Positions 8,160-17,046 of a stretch of DNA of 64,000 nucleotides are shown in pieces. Position numbers and translations under genes: made by a program. The stretch lies in the IMG/VR virus record IMGVR_UViG_3300031722_000022. One strand, given 5' to 3'. How positions within the stretch are numbered: the stretch's first letter is position 1; every line of letters starts with the position of its first letter. The notes under the pieces are model-generated. The model was given only the letters and a program-made list of their open reading frames with translations. It was not told the DNA's origin and made no database searches. Source of the stretch: an uncultured virus (IMG/VR IMGVR_UViG_3300031722_000022). Lineage: Duplodnaviria; Heunggongvirae; Uroviricota; Caudoviricetes.

Positions 8160-8570
8160 ACCCTACGGGTATATCTAAGGCCGCTTAGTGGCCCATCCCA
8201 AAAAAAAATTATTTTTTAATAAATTATGAATACGCCACAACATAAGTAATAGTCCTGTAAGGGCCAGTAATATCTTCCCTAGCGCATACGTATATTGAAA
8301 TGCCTATAGCCGCATAGCGGCCTGTTGTATAGCCCCTATGGGGTCAATTTAATAGCGCATAGCGCCTTACACACAAACATGTCTTACGACAAGTAAAGTC
8401 AAGAGCGAAGCGGGGCTGTGCTGAGTTTTATATTTAGTAGTTCTCCGTAGCCGAAGGCTGGCTAGGAACAGAGGCGGCTTACATGGCGCGAAGCGCTCAT
8501 TAGGCTGGCTGCTATGCAGCTATAGTCGCAACGTGGCGAAGGCCACCTCTACTGGCGCTTACAGCGCTAT
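8160..8570. repeat. array B of mini-hairpins
   Basis: ACCCTACGGGT, GCCGCATAGCGGC, GCGCATAGCGC, AGCCGAAGGCT, GCGCGAAGCGC, GCTGCTATGCAGC, GCGCTTACAGCGC. Confidence 0.85.
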
Positions 8571-8614
8571 ACAAATGTCCGAAGAAGGTATAGACAAAAT
8601 GGACACACAAAGAA

Positions 8615-8638
8615 ATAGCCCCTCTCACGAGGGGCTAT
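8615..8638 (-). terminator. intrinsic terminator
   Basis: ATAGCCCCTC-TCAC-GAGGGGCTAT, T-rich tail on minus strand. Confidence 0.75.
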
Positions 8639-8643
8639 GCTTG

Positions 8644-9570
8644 CTAGACTTCTTCTACAACATCCTGCAATTGAATTGTTTCCAGGAATGCCTTCTCCTT
8701 GTCTGTAACAATCCCTTTCAAGATATGTGCAATTACATCTACTGTCCAACCATTACCAATTGACTTATACCTCTCACGAGTGTGCACAGACATTGAATAA
8801 TTATCCGGTAATGTCTGAAGTCTTTCATACTCAACACAAGACAACTTACGATATTGCCCATTTTTCTCAATGTAATTACAATTCCAACTAGCATCACTTC
8901 TTGCCGTAAGACACGCTGCCTTAGTAGGGTTGATATTAGCATACCTCTTTGCGACACATGCTTGTCCCTTGTCACTTAGTAGCCAACGAAGCCTCCCCTC
9001 CGTTAGGATGCTTTCTGCTCCTGGCCAACTGACGAGAATATCTACAAGATTCGGAGAAGTTACTGGATATTTATTAGAGACTTCAATGTTTGTCCAATAC
9101 AACCTGGCCCTGCTCTGTGCAGAGAACAATGATGAACAAATCTTAATTGGCTCTACACCAACAAGCCTGGATATTTCATCTAGTGAGGATTTCTTACCAA
9201 CAACATTCTCAAGTAGAAAGTATTTAGGATTTACTTCGTTCTTAATGCGTAGCCAGTGATAGAACAATCCACTCTTACCCTCTAGCCCTTCTTTGTTGCC
9301 TAGATTACTAATCGACTGACAAGAACTCCCTCCTAGTACAAGATCAATCTTTCCAACATTGTAATTCCCGCTCTCGGTGTATAATACACCGTCTTTATAT
9401 GAAACTTTAGTCACATCCCCAATGTGGATAATGTCTTTCCAATTATCTTTGCTTACAGCAATTGCATGTTTGTCAATCTCTGAAGCATAATAATTATCTA
9501 CTTTGATGCCAGCCCTATCAAGGGCCACCCTCCCACAACTAATGCCATCAAACAACGATAGTACATTCAA
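8644..9570 (-). CDS. DNA (cytosine-5) methyltransferase
   Basis: Motif I LSLFDGI, motif IV GGSSCQ, motif VI LLENV, QSRARLYW, ERLQTLPD, IGNGW. Confidence 0.92.
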   Translation of the reverse strand: MNVLSLFDGISCGRVALDRAGIKVDNYYASEIDKHAIAVSKDNWKDIIHIGDVTKVSYKDGVLYTESGNYNVGKIDLVLGGSSCQSISNLGNKEGLEGKSGLFYHWLRIKNEVNPKYFLLENVVGKKSSLDEISRLVGVEPIKICSSLFSAQSRARLYWTNIEVSNKYPVTSPNLVDILVSWPGAESILTEGRLRWLLSDKGQACVAKRYANINPTKAACLTARSDASWNCNYIEKNGQYRKLSCVEYERLQTLPDNYSMSVHTRERYKSIGNGWTVDVIAHILKGIVTDKEKAFLETIQLQDVVEEV

Positions 9571-9690
9571 TATGTTTCTCCTTATTTGTAGTATCCATAC
9601 AAAATCCTCCGGGCTAATTCAGAAGCATTGTGTGCCTCCCCAAATTCTGCATACATCAGATTCTTAAGTTCACTACCACCGTAGTCTGCT

Positions 9691-9900
9691 TTAACCTTCG
9701 TAACCAATTTTATTAGAGAGATATTCATACATGTATTCTAGCCCACTAATTTCTGATTGCTGTTGCTCAATATAATCAGCAGCCTCTTCAAGCAAATCAG
9801 CAATCTTATCTGGCTTTCCTTCTTGTACACTCTTACGTGTAGAAATGCTTCTACGTATATTTGCACGGATGCGTAAGCGTTCAACTAGAGATTGTTCCAT
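9691..9900 (-). CDS. hypothetical phage protein
   Basis: AAGGAGA RBS; LVERLRIRANIRR...IADLLEEAA. Confidence 0.7.
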   Translation of the reverse strand: MEQSLVERLRIRANIRRSISTRKSVQEGKPDKIADLLEEAADYIEQQQSEISGLEYMYEYLSNKIGYEG

Positions 9901-9977
9901 CTTATTTCTCCTTAGTAAATTAGACAGAACACATAGTCTCATACATTTCATCGTTTGTCAAGCAATATGTAAAAGAA

Positions 9978-10005
9978 ATAGCCCTCTTCGTGAGAAGAGG
10001 GCTAT
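9978..10005 (-). terminator. intrinsic terminator
   Basis: ATAGCCCTCTTC-GTGA-GAAGAGGGCTAT. Confidence 0.75.
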
Positions 10006-10121
10006 AACATTAATTGTCATCAGCTATTGCGTCTGCAATCCAAATTTTAACTTTTGTCAATTGCCATATTCCAAATGTAGGAATACGTAGAATGTAGCAA
10101 CCAAGTATATAACGAAGTGTG

Positions 10122-10814
10122 CTAGTCTTCAGATACAGAATTATTAGTCTTGCTGCAAGCCATGCCACAAGAACAGCTAGAAGTTTCTTTAGCAGCCTCA
10201 TTATTATCTCCTTGTTGCATCTTGTCTACTTTAGCTTGTCGATATTCTACCATATTCTTAAAGCGATCACAAAATTCTTTTGAGTCCATCCAATGCTCAT
10301 ATCCTTGGTCAATGATCCGGGTAATCTCATCTTCTGTCAGAAATCCCTCATAATAATAATGAAGCATACTATCTGCTTGCTTATGCATGAAATCCACTTG
10401 TTGCTTTGTCTCCGACATCTTCCCTACAGCACCAAAGGAGGCGGAGTGGCAAAGTAGAACACAATGAGGGGAGATTTCAAAACTATCACAATTAAGAAGT
10501 ATAAATGTTGCAAAAGAAGCAATGCACCCACTTGCTTGAATATGCACCTCGGCCTCACAATTATTCATTGCTAACATAATTGCATCACCAACATAAATAG
10601 ACCCACCTAAACAGTTGAGATGAATTGTAATATGATCCTCTTCTTTAGCTGTCCCTAGAATAAAGAGCAAATCTTCTACATCAGAAAGGTTTTCAAGTGT
10701 GTCCCAAACATCGCAAATGTAGTGATTGCTCACTTCTTGTGTTGCACGAACACTAAATGGAACAGACATTTCTGATAGCTCTGCCCCCATTCGTGGTTGT
10801 TTGTATTTATTCAA
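10122..10814 (-). CDS. ClpP-like serine protease
   Basis: ITIHLNCLGGS, GCIASFATFI (catalytic Ser), LLCH; TTG start after AAGGAGA. Confidence 0.8.
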   Translation of the reverse strand: MNKYKQPRMGAELSEMSVPFSVRATQEVSNHYICDVWDTLENLSDVEDLLFILGTAKEEDHITIHLNCLGGSIYVGDAIMLAMNNCEAEVHIQASGCIASFATFILLNCDSFEISPHCVLLCHSASFGAVGKMSETKQQVDFMHKQADSMLHYYYEGFLTEDEITRIIDQGYEHWMDSKEFCDRFKNMVEYRQAKVDKMQQGDNNEAAKETSSCSCGMACSKTNNSVSED

Positions 10815-10824
10815 TATGTTCTCC

Positions 10825-11046
10825 TTATTCATGCTTGCAACCAGGACATTTACTCTTGACGAACTCATGTAGAATTTGTGAGGTGGAAATCTTCTGCTTA
10901 TCTGTGTCAACGATAACACTTGGATTAAATTCAGCACCTTTACAAAATCCAAGTTCTGTCGCAAGAGTAAGAATCTCCTCATAATCACCTTCCATATCAT
11001 ACGATTCCCAAGTTTCTCCTACTGTGCGTTCAATTTTTAGTTTCAT
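10825..11046 (-). CDS. hypothetical protein
   Basis: AAGGAGA RBS, 73 aa. Confidence 0.6.
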   Translation of the reverse strand: MKLKIERTVGETWESYDMEGDYEEILTLATELGFCKGAEFNPSVIVDTDKQKISTSQILHEFVKSKCPGCKHE

Positions 11047-11055
11047 TGGTTCTCC

Positions 11056-11781
11056 TTATTTTCCATGTTGCTCTGTGTATCCAGTACCGAGAAGGTTTAA
11101 TCGGCGAATATGAATATCTCGCCACTCTTCAGCAATGAAAGTAGCATACTCCAAACCCCACTTCTTTATAGACCATGATTTAGTAATAGGTTTTCCATCT
11201 AAACCATATACAGACGCATTCATCGTCTCCGTTCCAAAAGCGTTCGTACTGCACCAAACGCCGGTTATACCAGAGACGTTGTTCGCTTGTTTCTTCCTGT
11301 TTCTAACTTGCTGTGGAGGAGTTGCCTACCTTAAATTTCCTATTTCATAATTTTTTGTGGTATCAATTCTATCCACACTCCACTTAATTTCATTGTCAGG
11401 AGGGTTCCCAAGATGACTACACCACAACTCTGGATTTGATCTAAGTTCGTCAGACATCTTTATACCAATACCGCCGTACCTTTTATATTCCGGGTGATTT
11501 TCATTGTAACACCTTTGTTTGGCATCTGACCATGCTTGATACGCCTTGGTTCTACTCATATTATGTTTCGCAGATTGTCTACCTAGTTCTGATGCTCGTT
11601 CTTTTACTAGGCACCCACAACTTCTAACACCTTTAGATGACAACTCCACGGAAGCCTTTACACAAGTATTTCCACAGGAGCATATGCAATTCCACAGAAC
11701 TTGCCCCCGAACGTTTCTGCCATTTTCAGACACTACAGTTAATCTGCCAAATACCTTTCCAATCAACTTTAATTTACTCAT
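11056..11781 (-). pseudogene. HNH/AP2 homing endonuclease interrupted by in-frame TAG
   Basis: FGRLTV...CICSCG...SVDRIDTTKNYEIGNLR*ATPPQQVRNRKK...SGITGV...GYTEQHGK; TAG at 11326-11328 where Trp is expected. Confidence 0.8.
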
Positions 11782-12614
11782 TGCTTATAGTAGTACAACT
11801 TAGTAAGTGCCTTAACCATAGGACTACGTTGTACATCATCGAAAGTGAAGTGCGTGATTGCTACGTTATTGATAAACTCGTAGAGGTCATTTTCATCTAA
11901 GTAGTCTGGAGGAGTGTTCTTACGCACATTATCCAACATATTGAGGGTAGCCACCAATCCAGAAGTCCCACGCATGTCGTGCTGCGTTTGATCCCCTGTG
12001 AAGATCATCTGGCAATTCTCCCCAATACGGGTAAGCATCATCTCAAACTCATCTTCTGTAAAGTTCTGAGACTCTTCCGTTATGACTACGCAATCTTGAA
12101 AACTCATGCCACGCATGTGCTCAGCAGCGCACAACTCGATAATCTTCTTACTCAGACAGTAACCAGCAAACCCCTTACCAAGAAAACTCTCGAAATGATG
12201 AATGGTTTGTAGGAACCAAGGAAGCAACTTAGAATGCAAATCGCCCGGAATTAACCCGTTTGTCTTGCCACAAGACACAGCGGGGCGTACAAGATACACC
12301 TTATCAATCTTCTTTGATTTAATCAGATTACTGGCATGGTATGCTGCCAACATTGATTTTCCTGTTCCCGCAACTCCAACTAGATAATTAATTTGCTTCC
12401 CGCTTTTTAGTGCAGTGAGTGCTTTTCTCTGATTCTCCCCTCTCGGGTCAATATTAAGACCGTTAGAAGCCTTTGGAATAATATCCTCGATAAATTTCTC
12501 CTTAATAACAGGGGGCAGTTCCTGCTTAACTTTTACTGCCCGAGTCTTCTTACGGCTTCGCCGTGGCTTGCTACTCCCCAACATTTCACTATCCAAATCA
12601 TTCTCATAAGCCAT
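11778..12614 (-). CDS. phoH: PhoH family ATPase
   Basis: GVAGTGKS Walker A, LVRPAV, MRGMSF, EESQN, LTRIGE, GDQTQ, VQRS. Confidence 0.93.
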   Translation of the reverse strand: MAYENDLDSEMLGSSKPRRSRKKTRAVKVKQELPPVIKEKFIEDIIPKASNGLNIDPRGENQRKALTALKSGKQINYLVGVAGTGKSMLAAYHASNLIKSKKIDKVYLVRPAVSCGKTNGLIPGDLHSKLLPWFLQTIHHFESFLGKGFAGYCLSKKIIELCAAEHMRGMSFQDCVVITEESQNFTEDEFEMMLTRIGENCQMIFTGDQTQHDMRGTSGLVATLNMLDNVRKNTPPDYLDENDLYEFINNVAITHFTFDDVQRSPMVKALTKLYYYKQ

Positions 12615-12681
12615 CAGCAATTTCCTCCATATAATTACAGGAATACTACACACTAAAAGCCGCTAACGCGGCGTCGTACAA

Positions 12682-13005
12682 TTAGTCCTTCGTAATCGTT
12701 TGCAACGCTTCAGCAGGAAGCTTGCTACGCAAAGCCTCTTTAGCCTTATTGCTCTTAGTGTAGACACGCTTAGGAGTAACCCCTTGTTGTTCCTGAGTAG
12801 TGTCTTCAACAACGACAGTGGAAACTTCATCATCAAGGAGTAGCATGGTTGCCGTGAACAAACCTAGTTGCCATTGAGGGCAATGCTTATTTGATACATC
12901 CAAAATATATCCTTGCGAAGCAAGTTCTACAATTTCCTGCGTATAAGTAATAAAACCATTGCAGACAACTTGCTTTAAGTCTTTAATTTTCAATTCTTCA
13001 GCCAT
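12682..13005 (-). CDS. hypothetical protein
   Basis: GGAGGAG RBS, 107 aa. Confidence 0.65.
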   Translation of the reverse strand: MAEELKIKDLKQVVCNGFITYTQEIVELASQGYILDVSNKHCPQWQLGLFTATMLLLDDEVSTVVVEDTTQEQQGVTPKRVYTKSNKAKEALRSKLPAEALQTITKD

Positions 13006-13242
13006 TTATTTCTCCTCCTTAATGTAAATTTCATCTTCCAACGCTTTTGGCAAAGCCAGCCCATGTTTATCATAAAGATGAACAAGAACATCAGTCATTT
13101 GACCAGTGTTGCTTTGCATATTTGCTACTTTGTCTGCAAGGAAGTCTACTAGACCTGCTACCTTCCCCTCAACTTCAAAGTTTTGCTCAAGACAAGTTAC
13201 TGCTAGTAGATCAACAACAATAGATAAATCAGTAGGATTCAT
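13006..13242 (-). CDS. hypothetical protein
   Basis: AAGGAGA RBS, 78 aa. Confidence 0.65.
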   Translation of the reverse strand: MNPTDLSIVVDLLAVTCLEQNFEVEGKVAGLVDFLADKVANMQSNTGQMTDVLVHLYDKHGLALPKALEDEIYIKEEK

Positions 13243-13269
13243 TATCTCTCCTTTGTTATAAATTATTGA

Positions 13270-13350
13270 AGCGGGTTTGCAGAATCGAACTGCGGCTTGC
13301 CAGCACCCCTTCGGATTAGGTATCCGATGCTCTCCATAAGCTAAACCCGC
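13270..13350 (-). tRNA. atypical tRNA: CCT at anticodon position, Gly-like acceptor, long variable region
   Basis: GCGGGTT/AACCCGC acceptor + U73, D arm GCTT/GAGC, anticodon arm TCGGA-TACCTAA-TCCGA, T arm GCAG-TTCGATT-CTGC; no encoded CCA. Confidence 0.7.
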
Positions 13351-13356
13351 ATTGTT

Positions 13357-13431
13357 TGGTGGTCCGCCACGGTTACGATCCGTGCCCTACGACTTATGAG
13401 GTCGTTGTTCTCACCAGTGAACTATCAGACC
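13357..13431 (-). tRNA. tRNA with CAT anticodon (Met or Ile2)
   Basis: GGTCTGA...ACGAC-CTCATAA-GTCGT...CACGG-ATCGTAA-CCGTG-GCGGACC-ACCA. Confidence 0.85.
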
Positions 13432-13442
13432 AGTAAAACTAC

Positions 13443-13471
13443 ATTATACAGCAACTTTCAGAGCATGTCAA
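13443..13471 (-). promoter_or_regulatory. sigma70 promoter for tRNA pair
   Basis: TTGACA-17-TATAAT on minus strand. Confidence 0.85.
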
Positions 13472-13655
13472 CCATCTTCATATTAATCTTGTAATAACGA
13501 TTATTCGATTGCATATCTGCCTTAACATGTAGCCAAGCATTACGAAATACATTCTTCTGTGCGTGTAACACATCCATGATATACACAAGGGGCATGATAG
13601 CAATACACAAGATATAGGCGATGTGTATTTTTATGCGTTTAATTTGTTTGTTCAT
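13458..13655 (-). CDS. small membrane protein
   Basis: Hydrophobic segment IAYILCIAIMPLVYIM; directly follows rtcB. Confidence 0.5.
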   Translation of the reverse strand: MNKQIKRIKIHIAYILCIAIMPLVYIMDVLHAQKNVFRNAWLHVKADMQSNNRYYKINMKMVDML

Positions 13656-13656
13656 G

Positions 13657-14796
13657 TCAACCCTTGATATTAATAATAGGTTTTACGTGCGTAATTACTT
13701 CAACAAGTGGTTCTTGCAATCGTATTACATCGAAGATATTTTTATATGCAAAAGGTGCTTCGTCTAGCGTATCCTTCGTAACAAGCGCAGTAACTTGTCC
13801 CATTGTTGCACAAAAGTCTTCCATGTTCAACACACGTTGAGCCTCTTTACGTCCTAGCACGCGACCCGCACCGTGAGACGAAGAGTACAGCGAGGCGGGA
13901 TTGCCTTTTCCGCACACAATAAACGAGCCATCGCGCATGTTGCCGGGGATCACGCCCATCATGCCCTCTTCAGCGTGCGTAGCGCCCTTACGGTGAATCC
14001 AGACCTCGCAAATCACATCGGGGAGTTCGATGGACGTACATTCCGCATGGTTGTGATTGCGATTAATTGTTTCATCAAACAGTGCAGAACCTTCGCAAGT
14101 ACGTTGTACAGCCTTTTCTACACGTTGTAACATTTCATAACGATTAGCAAGAGCAAATTCGAGGCAGAAATTCAAATCCTTGATGTAATCCTTACCGTCT
14201 TGAGTGTTTACATCAAAGCCAAAGAACCCTTCTCGTGCTTTTCCGTCTCCAGAAGCAAGGCGCATATAATGAGTTGCAACAGCATGCCCAATTCCACGAG
14301 AACCTGAGTGAATAATAAACCACACTTGACCTTCACTGTTTGCACCAACTTCAATAAAGTGATTTCCTCCCCCAAGTGATCCAAGTTGTCGAAGCCCATT
14401 CTTTGCAAAGATTTTCTCTGTTGCAAGAGAACGTTCAATCCCCTCCCAATTCTTCCAGGGAGTGTCTTTCTGGTTGTGGGAGAATCCAACAGGAATATCT
14501 CGATAAATCTGGTCAAATATTTGCTTTGCATTGTTGCGAATGTCTTGTTCATTGAACGTGGTAGGAACAGCACACATGCCACAGCCAATGTCATAGCCAA
14601 CCATTGCAGGAAACACCGTGTCTTTACACGCAACGACAGCTCCAATGGGCAACGTGTAGCCTGCATGGGCGTCGGGCATTAGTGCTCCTTGCACAACACA
14701 ATCAAGTTGCATTGCTGCTTCGAATTGATTGAGAGCTTCTTGCTCAATTACTTCAGCAAAGATATTGTACGGCTTAGTTGTATTAATCTTTAGCAT
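13657..14796 (-). CDS. rtcB: RtcB RNA ligase
   Basis: MPDAHAG, VGYDIGCG, LGSLGGGNHFIE, HSGSRG, NHNH, HRKGA, SSSHGAGR, DEAPFAYK. Confidence 0.96.
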   Translation of the reverse strand: MLKINTTKPYNIFAEVIEQEALNQFEAAMQLDCVVQGALMPDAHAGYTLPIGAVVACKDTVFPAMVGYDIGCGMCAVPTTFNEQDIRNNAKQIFDQIYRDIPVGFSHNQKDTPWKNWEGIERSLATEKIFAKNGLRQLGSLGGGNHFIEVGANSEGQVWFIIHSGSRGIGHAVATHYMRLASGDGKAREGFFGFDVNTQDGKDYIKDLNFCLEFALANRYEMLQRVEKAVQRTCEGSALFDETINRNHNHAECTSIELPDVICEVWIHRKGATHAEEGMMGVIPGNMRDGSFIVCGKGNPASLYSSSHGAGRVLGRKEAQRVLNMEDFCATMGQVTALVTKDTLDEAPFAYKNIFDVIRLQEPLVEVITHVKPIINIKG

Positions 14797-14815
14797 ATCA
14801 TCTCCTTAAATAGTC

Positions 14816-14893
14816 ATAAACGCTCTATAATCGATTTGTTTAGTCCTCCCTATACACACGTAGCCACAATGTTGTAATAAGCGCTTACAGCGC
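14816..14893. repeat. 78-bp dispersed element, second copy at 5413-5490
   Basis: Ungapped alignment, 54/78 identities by hand count. Confidence 0.75.
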
Positions 14894-14919
14894 GTTTCTG
14901 TGCGTTGTAGAGGCATATT

Positions 14920-15204
14920 CTATTCTTTATATTGCTTCAATGTTCTCAGCACATCAAGAAACGCCTCATGTTTCCAATTATCAGCAATTTCTTCCTGTGT
15001 TGCTTTATCTCCACGTTTCCACTCAATATCTCCGTTATGATGATTCTCTCCATCATAGAGATACCAATATCCGTCTTTGCTGATGTGTGAGTAGCCATCA
15101 TATTTGCTTGGTGCTTTATAATACAATTTCTCAATTGCGTCAACAAGTTCATAAGCAGATACGTCAACTTTTACATTAGTTGTTTGTTTTCCTGATAGTT
15201 GCAT
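14920..15204 (-). CDS. hypothetical protein
   Basis: AAGGAG RBS, 94 aa. Confidence 0.65.
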   Translation of the reverse strand: MQLSGKQTTNVKVDVSAYELVDAIEKLYYKAPSKYDGYSHISKDGYWYLYDGENHHNGDIEWKRGDKATQEEIADNWKHEAFLDVLRTLKQYKE

Positions 15205-15213
15205 AATTACTCC

Positions 15214-15534
15214 TTAATTATACGGTGAATACTGTGTATCAATAATCTCTACAACATCTCCAACTTTACGACACAAAATAGCGCAATATTTATCTCCATG
15301 GGCGGTCTTATCCCAATCAATAAACATTCTAACATCCGACTTCTCTGCAACGTTGAGTTTCTTCTGCAGATCATCAATTTGTGATTGCATGTATTTGAGG
15401 TGTTGTTGTACTGCTGCAATGGTTTTATTAGAGATTGCGGCGTGATCGCCGCGCGCCTCATCATATCCACAACTATAACTCTCGTTAAGAGCATTTCCAA
15501 CAATCTTAATAATATCTTGATGGTCGTTATACAT
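15214..15534 (-). CDS. hypothetical protein (coiled coil)
   Basis: 106 aa, overlaps upstream stop. Confidence 0.6.
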   Translation of the reverse strand: MYNDHQDIIKIVGNALNESYSCGYDEARGDHAAISNKTIAAVQQHLKYMQSQIDDLQKKLNVAEKSDVRMFIDWDKTAHGDKYCAILCRKVGDVVEIIDTQYSPYN

Positions 15535-15769
15535 TTTGCTTATTCCTTTCTACAAGCATTGCATCTGCCATCGCATAAGCGTCTTTTGCAACTCCAATTC
15601 GCCAGCCTTCAACATATCCTTGAATATCTGCGTCCTTGCAATAATCAGAATATACGGCTGGAAGAATCTTAGCAGCAAAATAATCACGAATTGTAATCTC
15701 GTCAGTATTACTTTCCTTGGCCTTCTTAATTCTTGCAAAGGCTCGTTCATCAATGTCCATATTTAGCAC
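15527..15769 (-). CDS. small phage protein (RDYFAA family)
   Basis: ITIRDYFAAKIL...AYAMADAML motif common in proteobacterial phages. Confidence 0.7.
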   Translation of the reverse strand: MLNMDIDERAFARIKKAKESNTDEITIRDYFAAKILPAVYSDYCKDADIQGYVEGWRIGVAKDAYAMADAMLVERNKQNV

Positions 15770-15806
15770 CTTTCGAGATGTTAATCGAGAAAGGAAGTGA
15801 CGAATG

Positions 15807-16151
15807 TCACCCCTCCATATTCAGTTGTTCAATGCAGCCATTATTCGTTGTGTAGAAGACGTGCTCTATGCCATATTGCTTGATCGCCTCACAACACACA
15901 GGACAAGGCATAGCATTCATCATCTTTCCTTGCTTATTGTAACGGCTTACGTGTAAAGTATGAATAGATTGTCCTCGTGAGCGAATTATAGCAGAAATCT
16001 CAGCATGAAGATATTGTTTAGCTGGAAATCCTGCTTTACAAGCAAATAGTTTCTGCAATGGGTGCGTCTTGCTATAAGAATTAGTTGCGCTAGACAACAA
16101 CTTTCCATTCTTGCTATAGCATTGTGCTGAAAGAATATGTTTTGTGTTCAT
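15807..16151 (-). CDS. zinc-dependent cytidine-deaminase-like protein
   Basis: HAE...PCPVC motif. Confidence 0.8.
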   Translation of the reverse strand: MNTKHILSAQCYSKNGKLLSSATNSYSKTHPLQKLFACKAGFPAKQYLHAEISAIIRSRGQSIHTLHVSRYNKQGKMMNAMPCPVCCEAIKQYGIEHVFYTTNNGCIEQLNMEG

Positions 16152-16570
16152 TGCTCTTGCAGAAACTTACGTTGTTGCATTAGCAATTTACCAAGATTGT
16201 TACTACCTTTTCCGTTGCACACGCCCCAAAAGGTGTCTCCCCAACGGTTGCCTTCAACAATATTTACATCTCCAGTAGCAATCAGCTCCTTTGCAAGAAG
16301 GCTTCCTACTTTAAACTTCTGTTTAATCAAATCTGACATTACTTGAAGTTTAACTTGTTCCCACTCGGGCCTCATTGGAACTTTACGCCCGTCGCGCTTT
16401 GACTGTCCAGCAGTGCACCAAACAAAGTCTTCCCTATTTTCTGCGGAAGTCTTAGCTGCTTGGTATGCATTTTCTATGGAAGGGAAAGTAACTCCGTCAA
16501 GCTCTACACAGGCAGGCCAGAAGTTACTAAGCCAACGAAATTCTCCTTGAAACTCTTCAATATCTTTCAT
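16148..16570 (-). CDS. NADAR (YbiA-like) family hydrolase
   Basis: WLSNF, FPSIENAYQAAK, IVEGNRWGDTFWG, GSNNLGKLLM. Confidence 0.9.
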   Translation of the reverse strand: MKDIEEFQGEFRWLSNFWPACVELDGVTFPSIENAYQAAKTSAENREDFVWCTAGQSKRDGRKVPMRPEWEQVKLQVMSDLIKQKFKVGSLLAKELIATGDVNIVEGNRWGDTFWGVCNGKGSNNLGKLLMQQRKFLQEQ

Positions 16571-16743
16571 TTCTGTTCTCCTTCCGTTCCAACATTATCT
16601 AGATCCGCGTCTTCTTTAAGTGGCCCCATATAGTCCTCCCCAAAGAACAATTTATCTTGACAATGATATTTAGACGTAATCCACATATGGAACAAATATG
16701 GAAGGACAACAAGCAATGCAATTACAACAATGAATTCAAACAT
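16567..16743 (-). CDS. small membrane protein
   Basis: GGAG RBS; MFEFIVVIALLVVLPYLF. Confidence 0.55.
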   Translation of the reverse strand: MFEFIVVIALLVVLPYLFHMWITSKYHCQDKLFFGEDYMGPLKEDADLDNVGTEGEQK

Positions 16744-16823
16744 TTTATTTACTCCGTAGAATACTAAGTTTAACAATTATAACTCCGAACGATATTCCGA
16801 CAATAAAAGCAATTGCTGTCATG

Positions 16824-17045
16824 TTATTCCTCTTTAATAGACATCATAACAGGAAACTCTGACATTGAATAGTCGTATTCAACACCGACATCCATTTGTG
16901 GTGCTATATGGTCGTAATGCCCATGTGGATACGCCCAATTAAAACAATAGCGCTCAGCATCTTCCTTTCGGTCAAATGAATCTTGTTCCCATGAAGAGTA
17001 CCCATAGGACGAACAACGTTTTCCATCTTGATAGCATACAAACAT
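16824..17045 (-). CDS. hypothetical protein
   Basis: AAGGAGAG RBS; MFVCYQDG. Confidence 0.6.
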   Translation of the reverse strand: MFVCYQDGKRCSSYGYSSWEQDSFDRKEDAERYCFNWAYPHGHYDHIAPQMDVGVEYDYSMSEFPVMMSIKEE

Positions 17046-17046
17046 G

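Noticed and set aside
9584..9701. Possible ~39-codon minus-strand gene (KVKADYGGSEL...YGYYK)
   Set aside because: It begins with ACG rather than ATG and has no clear RBS; too weak to call.
15797..15810. matS-like GTGAC-GAAT-GTCAC
   Set aside because: Spacer is 4 bp rather than 3 and there is only one copy.
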